Shown here piece after piece: positions 51,190-59,071 of a stretch of 64,000 nucleotides of DNA. Below the pieces are notes generated by a model. That model was not told where the DNA came from. It saw only the letters and a list, made by a program, of their open reading frames with translations, and made no database searches. Origin of the DNA: Candidatus Saccharimonadota bacterium. GTDB taxonomy: Bacteria; Patescibacteriota; Saccharimonadia; CAILAD01; GCA-016700035. The stretch is taken from assembly GCA_046350755.1 (NCBI GenBank), contig JAXLZV010000001.1, forward strand, positions 406,372 through 470,371, written 5' to 3'. The translations under genes and the position numbers were made by a program. The first letter of the stretch is position 1. Every line of letters starts with the position of its first letter.

Positions 51190-51202
51190 ACCGCCTAATA
51201 TA

Positions 51203-51232
51203 TTGACATTGTAGCTTTAATATGTTTATAAT
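51203..51232 (+). promoter_or_regulatory. near-consensus sigma70 promoter
   Basis: TTGACA-N18-TATAAT. Confidence 0.5.
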
Positions 51233-51239
51233 AACCCGT

Positions 51240-51670
51240 CGTCGAATGTATTCGACGTGTACCTGGAGACATCTACTGCCACGGACCTTCGCACCCGCGA
51301 AGATTACGTCCGCCTTCAAACGAAATGCCATTCACTGGCTCTCGTTCTCGCAAGTGAGAACCCGATCGCTATCCGCCCTCGGACCCCTCTCACTCGCAAT
51401 TTTGCACACTTGATCTGACGCTCTACACTAGTCGGTCACGTGCCGGCAGTATGAGCGCTCCAGAGAGTGCAAACTACGTCCAGCTGGACTGAAGCTCGCT
51501 TTTGCTACCACTTTGCCACTCGGCAGACGTGAGCGCATCAGCACTCGTCCATTCTCTGCGTGACACTGTCCCGCCCTCCAGGCCTCGGCTTGGAAACACG
51601 AGAATAGCCTGGGCACGACCCACGGAAAAGACCCTCACGGTCTCGTTTCCGTGGGTCTTTCCATTTATAT
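51240..51670 (+). ncRNA. candidate structured ncRNA (~430 nt, identity unresolved; RNase P RNA is the most length-compatible guess)
   Basis: No credible ORF on either strand; bounded by a consensus promoter and a strong terminator; multiple nested hairpins (GTTCTC-gcaagt-GAGAAC, CCAGGC..CTCG..CGAG..GCCTGG). Confidence 0.35.
51617..51666 (+). terminator. intrinsic terminator (12-bp stem with nested inner hairpin)
   Basis: GACCCACGGAAA-(AGACC-ctcac-GGTCT)-cg-TTTCCGTGGGTC then TTTCCATTTATATT. Confidence 0.5.
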
Positions 51671-51698
51671 TGACTTATACAGATAAAATACGCATAAT
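51670..51698 (+). promoter_or_regulatory. candidate sigma70 promoter for the 51730 gene
   Basis: TTGACT-N17-CATAAT; GAGGAG RBS before ATG 51730. Confidence 0.4.
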
Positions 51699-51729
51699 AT
51701 CAGCACCTTTCGTACCTTGAGGAGTCAGA

Positions 51730-52263
51730 ATGACACTGGAACGAATTGACGCCGTCTGTGGACGACCTTTTCGGGCGTTCCTCCATGGCCTGTGCTACGT
51801 AACTGGCCGGTCGAATTTCTTCTTTGCCCGACTTGCACTCCTGAGTGGGTTCATCAGCTTTGCAAGCTATGCAGCTGTCACTCGATCATGGCCATTTGGT
51901 ATTTTTACCGCAATGTTCGCGGTCATTGTCGCTGCAGAACTCATCAACTACGCGCTTGCCGAACAGCAGCTCAAGCAAAGCTCCGGTGACATTTTGCCAA
52001 GCTTCTTGGCAAATAAGATCAATTTTCGTCGTATCAGTCGCGTCGGCGCCCTGGGTGTTGTCTGCTTGAATATCGGAATTTCCCTAGTAGATAGAAGAAA
52101 TATTCTGCTCATAATCGCCTGGTTGTCAGACGCGGCGATGTTGTATTTTTCCGAATATATCACGCCCCGCGGTAAAAGCCTCTTCCGTCGCGCAGTCGAT
52201 TGGGCAAAGTCACACGCACCGAGCTTCAATCTGAACCCTGCCCCTCGACCCGAAATCGCCTAG
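51730..52263 (+). CDS. integral membrane protein
   Basis: 4 predicted TM helices; no recognised motifs. Confidence 0.5.
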   Translation: MTLERIDAVCGRPFRAFLHGLCYVTGRSNFFFARLALLSGFISFASYAAVTRSWPFGIFTAMFAVIVAAELINYALAEQQLKQSSGDILPSFLANKINFRRISRVGALGVVCLNIGISLVDRRNILLIIAWLSDAAMLYFSEYITPRGKSLFRRAVDWAKSHAPSFNLNPAPRPEIA

Positions 52264-52268
52264 TGCGT

Positions 52269-52301
52269 CACCCCATCCTTACCGATGGGGTGTAATTTTT
52301 T
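52269..52301 (+). terminator. intrinsic terminator of the 51730-52263 gene
   Basis: CACCCCATC-cttacc-GATGGGGTG-TAATTTTTT. Confidence 0.5.
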
Positions 52302-52305
52302 GAAC

Positions 52306-52338
52306 ACAAAAAAGCCTCGCATGAACGAGGCCCTTTTG
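52306..52338 (-). terminator. intrinsic terminator of the PA-rich gene (possibly bidirectional)
   Basis: Minus strand GGGCCUCG-uucau-GCGAGGC-UUUUUU. Confidence 0.5.
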
Positions 52339-52352
52339 CTTGAGTACAAAAT

Positions 52353-52577
52353 TTACGCGGCTGGGGTAGCAGGATCAGCTGGGGCTGGTGCTGGAGTGCC
52401 TTCGACAGCTTGCTCAGTAGTAGGCTCAGCAGCTGGGGCTGGAGCATCAGGCGCTGGGGCAGCTGGCGTAGTTGGTGCAGTTGGTGCAGCTGGTGCAGCT
52501 GGGGCTGGAGCATCAGGCTGAGTAACCGTTCCTGGGGTTGGTGCAGCTGGTGCTGGCTGGTTTATTGCATCATCCAT
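52353..52577 (-). CDS. small Pro/Ala-rich low-complexity protein
   Basis: TATAAT and AAAGGAGA RBS upstream of ATG; (PAPAAP)n composition. Confidence 0.4.
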   Translation of the reverse strand: MDDAINQPAPAAPTPGTVTQPDAPAPAAPAAPTAPTTPAAPAPDAPAPAAEPTTEQAVEGTPAPAPADPATPAA

Positions 52578-52652
52578 AATCTATCTCCTTTAAGTATTGT
52601 TGATTATAAGCTTAGTATATCAGCTTGCGTACAGATATTGCTACCTAATACC

Positions 52653-52676
52653 AAAAACCCGCCTGACGGCGGGCTT
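52653..52676 (-). terminator. intrinsic terminator of the 52696-52908 gene
   Basis: Minus strand AGCCCGCC-GUCA-GGCGGGUU-UUUGG. Confidence 0.5.
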
Positions 52677-52695
52677 GGTGATTTCAAGTGAGGGT

Positions 52696-52908
52696 CTAGC
52701 CCTTCTTGAGAATTGGCAAACCGGTGCGAGTGTTCTCTACAACGATGTAACCTTCTGGAAGCGCATCAATTACGCCTTCCTTCTCTTCACGGGCAAAAAA
52801 GTAAATCCGCTGCTGCCGACCACCCTTGAGGGTCACGTCGCGCTGGTGCAGAAAATACTTTTGACCTTTTGAATTCGTGTGCTCGTAAGCCATATTCTTG
52901 TTCCTCAC
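52696..52908 (-). CDS. small hypothetical protein (70 aa)
   Basis: ORF flanked by its own terminator; MAYEHTNSKGQKYFLHQRDVTLKGG. Confidence 0.45.
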   Translation of the reverse strand: MRNKNMAYEHTNSKGQKYFLHQRDVTLKGGRQQRIYFFAREEKEGVIDALPEGYIVVENTRTGLPILKKG

Positions 52909-53073
52909 TCCTTATTAATAGTTATGGTTCCAGGTTAGGCCAGGTTGGCTCACCTGTCAACACCTTCGGCAGATTTTTTTTAATTTTCTCGGAGGAATAA
53001 CCTGGGTTTGATAGTCCTCGCCAAACCCCTTACAATAGATGAGATACTAGTGAAGAACTTAAACGGAGGCTCC

Positions 53074-53589
53074 ATGGAACAACCCCCTCGCCGCCCTGCG
53101 GCGCCCCAAGCACGACCAGCTAATCAGGCACCAGCGGCAGCTCACCAGCCAGCTCCCAAGAAGTCACGCAGCCAACTACTCGGCTGGTTTGCGCTGGTCA
53201 TCGCGATTTTTGTCATCACTGGACTGGTTTTTCTGGCAACTTCGATGTTTAGTAAGGCCCAGTCTGGCAGCCAGATCGATGTCAAGAAGAGTCAGTATCA
53301 GGCCGTATTCCTGAATAATAACCAGGTTTACTTCGGACGCATCACCAGCATCACTGATAAGGGCATTACTCTCAAAGACGTCTACTACCTACAAGTTCAG
53401 CAAAATGCCCAGGGCAGCACCGATCCAAAGGCTCAAAACCAGCAGCAGAACCTGTCTCTGGCCAAGCTCGGTGGCGAGCTCCATGGCCCAGAAGATCAGA
53501 TGTTCATCAATCGGGACCAAGTACTCTTCTGGGAAAACCTCAAGGATGACGGGAAAGTCGTTCAAGCGATTAAGAGCAATCAAAAATAG
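53074..53589 (+). CDS. membrane-anchored hypothetical protein with Pro/Ala/Gln-rich N-terminus
   Basis: GGAGGC RBS before ATG 53074; single TM then soluble domain. Confidence 0.5.
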   Translation: MEQPPRRPAAPQARPANQAPAAAHQPAPKKSRSQLLGWFALVIAIFVITGLVFLATSMFSKAQSGSQIDVKKSQYQAVFLNNNQVYFGRITSITDKGITLKDVYYLQVQQNAQGSTDPKAQNQQQNLSLAKLGGELHGPEDQMFINRDQVLFWENLKDDGKVVQAIKSNQK

Positions 53590-53667
53590 TCTCTAAAACC
53601 CAGCTCAGCAAGACTTTAAAGCCGGCCTCAAGCCGGTTTTAAAGTTGGCAGCCGTTCATCGGTCAGG

Positions 53668-54846
53668 CTAGGTCGATTTCTTCTTCGTGCGTAATGCCGT
53701 CTGACCACCGAGCGGCGTAAGCCCTCGGCTCATCAATATACCCAAACCTACCAAGAAGAGAGCCAAGCTCACCAGGCCACCAACAAATGGTACTAGTCCG
53801 ATAATGGCAGCGATCAGAAAGCCAACGCCAGCGGCGGCAACTTCTTGACCATAGCTCAATCGCATGTGCCGGGTAGCTTCAGTACCCTTTGCCTGCAAGC
53901 GCCACACCAAGCGGCCAAGCCAGTGGGCGGCAGCGGTTGGCGCCAATACTAATGTCAGAATATAGATTAGACCCAAAATTAGCATCAGAGGAATCCCAAT
54001 GATTGTAAACAGACCCAACACGATACCAATCGGCACCAAGAAGAGGAAAGCCGAAGCTTTAAGAATATTGTTCAATGGCTGCTGAGCAAATGCATCTTCC
54101 GCGGGGAGTAAGAGCTTAGGCGCAAATCGCAGTACCACCGCCGCCAGCAAGATATTGGCAACTAGCCAATAAAAAGTTTCTGCCAGACGCGCCATAAAGC
54201 GATCAGCTGCGCTGGGTTGTGGTGTTGAAACCCGCGAAATCGAACCGGCTACGGCTCGGTCGTTGGCGACCGTTGCTGGTTGATCTGAGGCGTATTTCAA
54301 GTTACCGTCAATTTGCGCTTTGTCGGTGATCCTAATTTGGCCACCAGCAAGGCTGGCATTTTGCTGAATTTTCGCCGAGACCTCTACCTGTGAGCCAGCC
54401 GCGTACAAACCACCAGAGTATTCGCCGGCGGCAGAGACCGTACTGCCCGCCATAAAGGCATTGTTGGCGCGAGCTGAAGCCTCAGTCGTCACTTTCATGC
54501 CAGCCAAGAAAAGCGTGCCCTCTGTCCGGCCTGAATATATAACTTCGGAGGCCGCCGCATGAATATTGCCTTTGACAGGACCATTGATACGAACGGTGTC
54601 CCCCACAGCATACACACTGCCGTTCACGGTGCCATTAATAGTCACGTCACTGCCGGCCACGATCACATCACCATCTACCGTTCCATCGATATTGATAGAT
54701 TCAGCCGAACGCATGAATAGCCCGCTAAAGGTGGAATCCTTAGCCACTTCAGCTTTAGAGTCAAGCTTGGCAGCACGAGCGACACCAAAACCTGCGAGCG
54801 CGCACACAACCAATACTATCAGCAGCACTATCGAGAAACGCTTCAT
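53668..54846 (-). CDS. membrane protein with N-terminal beta-helical repeat domain (bactofilin/DUF4097-like) and C-terminal polytopic domain
   Basis: Repeats VDGDVIVAGSDVTINGTVNGSVYAVGDTVRINGPVKGNI; C-terminal half hydrophobic; start assumed at MKRFSIV. Confidence 0.5.
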   Translation of the reverse strand: MKRFSIVLLIVLVVCALAGFGVARAAKLDSKAEVAKDSTFSGLFMRSAESINIDGTVDGDVIVAGSDVTINGTVNGSVYAVGDTVRINGPVKGNIHAAASEVIYSGRTEGTLFLAGMKVTTEASARANNAFMAGSTVSAAGEYSGGLYAAGSQVEVSAKIQQNASLAGGQIRITDKAQIDGNLKYASDQPATVANDRAVAGSISRVSTPQPSAADRFMARLAETFYWLVANILLAAVVLRFAPKLLLPAEDAFAQQPLNNILKASAFLFLVPIGIVLGLFTIIGIPLMLILGLIYILTLVLAPTAAAHWLGRLVWRLQAKGTEATRHMRLSYGQEVAAAGVGFLIAAIIGLVPFVGGLVSLALFLVGLGILMSRGLTPLGGQTALRTKKKST

Positions 54847-54885
54847 ATTTCTTATTAAACGCCGAAACTCTACAAAACACAAGCC

Positions 54886-54915
54886 TTGACACGTTCGTAC
54901 GCTGTTCGTTATTAT
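54886..54915 (+). promoter_or_regulatory. lexA promoter with embedded direct-repeat operator candidate
   Basis: -35 TTGACA, -10 TATTAT; GTTC-gtacgct-GTTC (54893-54907) between them; AAGGAGGG RBS. Confidence 0.45.
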
Positions 54916-54946
54916 GGTAGCAAAGCAGGATATTTAAGGAGGGATC

Positions 54947-55579
54947 ATGATACGCAAGCCACTCACGAAGAAACAAAAGCGAACACTCGACTATGTGTCG
55001 TCGTTTATTGAGCAGCACGGCTACTCACCAAGTTATCGCGAGATTGCTAATGGCCTCAAGCTTAACTCTGTAGCTACCGTAGCTCAACACATCGATTCAC
55101 TCGTCTCTAAAGGACTACTTACAAAGGGCAATAATTCTGCCCGCTCCTTATTACCAGTTGGCGAAGTTGAATCTTCAACAATTATTGAAAGTGGCATGCG
55201 ACTACCAATTCTTGGCTTGATCGCTGCCGGAACACCGATTGAAACTGTTTCCGGACATCCCGATACCCTTGAAGTCCCCCCTTTCATGGTCGGCAAGCGC
55301 AATAGCTATGTACTACAAGTCAAAGGTCAATCGATGATTAACGACGGCATTCATAATGGTGACTTTGTGGTAGTGCAAGAAAAAGAGACCCCATCGAATG
55401 GCGAAGTCGTTGTAGCACTGATCAATGGCTCCGAAGCTACCCTCAAACGCTACTATAAAGAAGCCGGCCGCATTCGACTGCAGCCCGCTAATGATTCTAT
55501 GGACCCGATCTACATTACACCCGACATGGATTTACAGATTCAGGGTGTAGTCATCGGCCTGATTCGCAAATATAGCTAA
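54947..55579 (+). CDS. lexA: LexA repressor
   Basis: N-terminal wHTH; S24 peptidase with GQSM (Ser) and LKRY (Lys) catalytic dyad. Confidence 0.9.
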   Translation: MIRKPLTKKQKRTLDYVSSFIEQHGYSPSYREIANGLKLNSVATVAQHIDSLVSKGLLTKGNNSARSLLPVGEVESSTIIESGMRLPILGLIAAGTPIETVSGHPDTLEVPPFMVGKRNSYVLQVKGQSMINDGIHNGDFVVVQEKETPSNGEVVVALINGSEATLKRYYKEAGRIRLQPANDSMDPIYITPDMDLQIQGVVIGLIRKYS

Positions 55580-55600
55580 GTATTTCAAGCCTTATTGGTT

Positions 55601-56290
55601 CTAGAAAATGCCGTCGGCGTGACGGATGTATTGGAAAATTGTCCTCAGCAAATAGAAAGCTACCATTAAGCCTGCAATAGCGACTACTATCTGCAGTATG
55701 GCCAGCGGTAGACTTTGCCGAATATCATACGCACCGGCCAAAAATAATTCTGAACAAAACGGAGCCACGTAACGAATCGTGAGCCCAACGGCTGCAATCA
55801 GAGCACCACTCAAGATCAGGCGAATGAGCGGAACTCTCACTCGCTCTTGAAAATGCCCGCGATTTGAAAACGCCGTCTCAACAATCAGCTCATTACGCGC
55901 GGCAGTAAAGAATGCCATCGCCAGCCAAAACAGCGTGTAAACACCAAGACCTACGGTGCCCCAAAACAAGATAATGGTAATCCACGACACGAGCTGCAAA
56001 CTGCCGTAGATTGCCAGCTGCTCTGATACCTTATTCAGAAACGACCCAGCAGTCTGTGATTCAGATTGTGTGACCACAGCCAGCAGCGTTTGCCAGTTGG
56101 CTGCGACCAGCATAGCCAGAGCGATAAAAAAATAGGCGATGACCGCTAGGAGTCGGGGCCGAGCAATGCTTTCAGCGCGCTGCACCTGCAACAGCTCCAA
56201 ACTCTCCTGCGCCTCTTCAGCCTTCGCCTGCTGAGCTTGCTGCAAGATTTGCGCCGAAGTCTTGGGAGTAACCAAATAATGCTCGTTCAT
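55601..56290 (-). CDS. integral membrane protein
   Basis: About 5 TM helices; acidic N-terminus. Confidence 0.5.
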   Translation of the reverse strand: MNEHYLVTPKTSAQILQQAQQAKAEEAQESLELLQVQRAESIARPRLLAVIAYFFIALAMLVAANWQTLLAVVTQSESQTAGSFLNKVSEQLAIYGSLQLVSWITIILFWGTVGLGVYTLFWLAMAFFTAARNELIVETAFSNRGHFQERVRVPLIRLILSGALIAAVGLTIRYVAPFCSELFLAGAYDIRQSLPLAILQIVVAIAGLMVAFYLLRTIFQYIRHADGIF

Positions 56291-56348
56291 ATGAGTGTCT
56301 ACTCCTTCACATGCTTACCAATAAGGCAATTATGCTTATCCTTGAGCT

Positions 56349-57482
56349 CTATTGTACACCAGACACAGCACTGGCAACCGCATCCACAACCCGCTTATCA
56401 AAAACACTCGGTATAATCTCATCGGCCTGGGGTGCTTTCACCAGGTCTGCCAAAGCTTTGGCGACCCTAACTTTATCATCGTTGGTGAGTTGTAATTTGC
56501 CAGCCTCAATAAGGCCCTTAAAAAGCCCCGGAAAAACCAAGACATTATTAATCTGGTTGGCAAAATCCGAGCGCCCGGAAGCGACTACCGCAGCGCCCGC
56601 GGTCAATGCTAATTCGGGGAGAATCTCGGGATTTGGATTAGCCAAGGCAAAGACAATTGGTCGCTCGGCCATAGACTGCACCATTGCAGGCGTGAAGGCA
56701 CCACCGACTGACACGCCGATCAAGACATCAGCGGCCCGTACGGCGGTAGTTAGATCAAGAGCTTGTGATAGACCAGTCAGCTCAGCGATTGCTCGTTTTT
56801 CCCCCTTGAGATCATGCCGGTCCAGTGACAAACCACCCTGAGAATCAAGCACCATAACATTGACAGCGCCGGCAGCTCGCAACAAGCGAGCTATGGCAGA
56901 GCCGGCTGCGCCTGCCCCGTTGATCACGACCCTTACCGTCTCGAGGGACTTATCCACGATCTTGAGCGCATTGATCAGTCCTGCCAGAACGACGATCGCC
57001 GTCGCGTGCTGATCATCGTGCACAACGGGAATATTCAGCTCCGCCTGCAAGCGACGCTCTATATCAAAACACTGGGGCGCGGCTATATCTTCTAAGTTGA
57101 TGCCACCAAAGCCCGGAGCTATAGCCTTCACAGCCGCAACAATTTCGTCAGGGTCTTGAGTCGACAGCACAATTGGCCAAGCATCAACGCCAGCTAGGTC
57201 GGCAAACAACATTGCTTTACCCTCCATCACGGGTAGTGCCGCTGCCGGCCCAACATTACCAAGCCCCAGTACGGCCGACCCATCCGATACAACCGCAACA
57301 GCTCGGCTCGCCGCCACATACCGCGGGGCCTCATCGGGGTGAGCGCTAAGCCAACGCGAGACTGACGCTACGCCAGGAGTGTAAAACACCTGCAAGCTGT
57401 CTGGCGTAACGGCGGCGCGTCCAGACACGCGTATTTTTCCGCCCAGTTGCTCATGCGCCTTAAGTGGATCAACCCCACTCAT
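56349..57482 (-). CDS. NAD(P)-dependent malic enzyme (short form)
   Basis: FYTPGVA, Rossmann GAGAAG, overall malic-enzyme layout at about 380 aa. Confidence 0.85.
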   Translation of the reverse strand: MSGVDPLKAHEQLGGKIRVSGRAAVTPDSLQVFYTPGVASVSRWLSAHPDEAPRYVAASRAVAVVSDGSAVLGLGNVGPAAALPVMEGKAMLFADLAGVDAWPIVLSTQDPDEIVAAVKAIAPGFGGINLEDIAAPQCFDIERRLQAELNIPVVHDDQHATAIVVLAGLINALKIVDKSLETVRVVINGAGAAGSAIARLLRAAGAVNVMVLDSQGGLSLDRHDLKGEKRAIAELTGLSQALDLTTAVRAADVLIGVSVGGAFTPAMVQSMAERPIVFALANPNPEILPELALTAGAAVVASGRSDFANQINNVLVFPGLFKGLIEAGKLQLTNDDKVRVAKALADLVKAPQADEIIPSVFDKRVVDAVASAVSGVQ

Positions 57483-57904
57483 GCTTTACCGATATGGCTT
57501 TTTATCCACTTAGATTGCATCGCAATCAAGGTGATAGCCGTGGTTGTGACTGTCAAAACAGTGCCCCAGATAATATCAATGATAGTAATGCTCAAAGGCC
57601 AATCTCGCAGAGTCGCAAAATTTGTCAGATTATATGTCGCGTAACAAATACCGCCCAGAACCGCAGCGCGGATGAGGGCGGTTGGTAAATCATCCTTCTT
57701 GAGAGCTGGCGCAATCACAAAATATATCAGCACCGCGATAAACGTGACATAAAACAACATTGCCGGCGCAACATTATACTGAGCTGCCAAGAGTGGCTGA
57801 AGCGCACGACGGTAGAGCTCCTTGGCGGCAATATTCAGCCAGACCAAGTCGACAATCACGAAAGTCGCTAAAGCGATACAATAACTAGTCAGTATTTGCA
57901 GCAT
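57479..57904 (-). CDS. small integral membrane protein (DUF2177-like)
   Basis: 4 TM helices; 4-nt overlap with the malic enzyme gene. Confidence 0.45.
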   Translation of the reverse strand: MLQILTSYCIALATFVIVDLVWLNIAAKELYRRALQPLLAAQYNVAPAMLFYVTFIAVLIYFVIAPALKKDDLPTALIRAAVLGGICYATYNLTNFATLRDWPLSITIIDIIWGTVLTVTTTAITLIAMQSKWIKSHIGKA

Positions 57905-58021
57905 CGCATTTCATCGTATCAAGTATTCAGCCCGAATAACAGGTTTACCATAAGCTTTTCTGCAGGCGTTGCACACATTTTCGACTCTGCAACTTTCCGA
58001 GCCGCAGAGCGAATACACATG

Positions 58022-58576
58022 CTACTCATTTTCGACAGTCGCTGGACGGACCAAGGTTTGCAGCTCACTCACTATTTGCGCAAGCTGCTTGGCTGCGCGC
58101 TCACGCTCAACCGCGGGGACCTCACCACGCACACCGCCCATGGCAACGTGATGCTGCACGATGAGCACGCCAACTTCATTGACCGCTAGCTTGAGTTGCT
58201 CGGCACCTCGCGCTCCACCAACCGATCCCCCGGAATAACTCACGATCGCCGCTGGCTTGCCTGCCCACTCCGACCAGAGCCAATCAATCGCGTTCTTCAA
58301 TACGGCCGAGATACCGTGATTATACTCAGGCGAAATAAAGATAAAAGCGTCTGCTTCGGCCACCGCCTGTGACCAACGCCTAACCGCATCATGCTCGTAG
58401 TTGCCTGCCAGTGCGGCTGGCGGCATTGGCGCGTCAAAAAACGGCATGGGATAATCAACTAAATCCAATATTTTCACATCCGATTCTATTTTTTTCACTT
58501 CAGCCGCCACATACTCAGCCACTTGCGGTCCAACGCGACCTTGGCGCGTCGAGCCAATAATAACTCTGATTTTCAT
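58022..58576 (-). CDS. NADPH-dependent FMN reductase family oxidoreductase
   Basis: MKIRVIIGSTRQGR...FISPEYNHGISAVLKNAIDWL flavodoxin-like reductase signature. Confidence 0.8.
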   Translation of the reverse strand: MKIRVIIGSTRQGRVGPQVAEYVAAEVKKIESDVKILDLVDYPMPFFDAPMPPAALAGNYEHDAVRRWSQAVAEADAFIFISPEYNHGISAVLKNAIDWLWSEWAGKPAAIVSYSGGSVGGARGAEQLKLAVNEVGVLIVQHHVAMGGVRGEVPAVERERAAKQLAQIVSELQTLVRPATVENE

Positions 58577-58603
58577 CGAAAACCCTCCTCTAAAAACAAT
58601 TAT

Positions 58604-59071
58604 TTACTTATTTTCGCAACCAAAGCAGTCCATTAGTCGATTGAGCGATCGACTAATCTCAGCTTTCTCACGAGCTGAGAGCTGAGAGTATTTTTCGGTA
58701 AAGAATGCATTGAGCGAAGTCTCTGCATCTCGAAAAGCCGTGCGGCCAGCTGGTGTTATCGCAACGTAACCGTAGCGGCGATCTGATTCATGAGGCAAGC
58801 GCTGCAAATAGCCACGCTTCATGAGCACCGCTACATGGCGCGAAATCGCGGCCGGCGTGACGCTCAGCGCATCAGCCAACTCGCGCTGACATGCCCGCTG
58901 TTCAGTCATCTGCATCAACAGAAAAAACTGCGACAATGTCAGGCTATGCTTGTCTTGCAAGACTCGCTCGCCGAGCTTGTCCATCATGTAGGTCACTCGA
59001 TGCAAATGAACAGCCGTGGCATGAGCAAAATCCTTTGTGGTCGGTGCCGCTTCGTGAATCGCCGGCTTCAT
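58604..59071 (-). CDS. MarR family transcriptional regulator
   Basis: wHTH LSVTPAAISRHVAVLMKRGYLQRLPHESDRRY. Confidence 0.85.
   Translation of the reverse strand: MKPAIHEAAPTTKDFAHATAVHLHRVTYMMDKLGERVLQDKHSLTLSQFFLLMQMTEQRACQRELADALSVTPAAISRHVAVLMKRGYLQRLPHESDRRYGYVAITPAGRTAFRDAETSLNAFFTEKYSQLSAREKAEISRSLNRLMDCFGCENK

Noticed and set aside
51240-51670. tmRNA identity for the ORF-free unit
   Set aside because: No tRNA-like T-arm (GGUUCGAnUCC) or acceptor pairing. A possible tag-like reading frame (ANYVQLD*) lacks the usual terminal Ala-Ala. Left as an unresolved ncRNA candidate.
52380-52560. Short tandem repeats that might suggest a CRISPR array
   Set aside because: Repeats are 6-18 nt codon-level units with no spacers or CRISPR repeat structure; they encode the PA-rich protein.
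52285-52691. Plus-strand Gly/Ala/Ser/Trp-rich ORFs (78 aa, 93 aa)
   Set aside because: Mirror translations of the (PAPAAP)n codon repeat; no start context.
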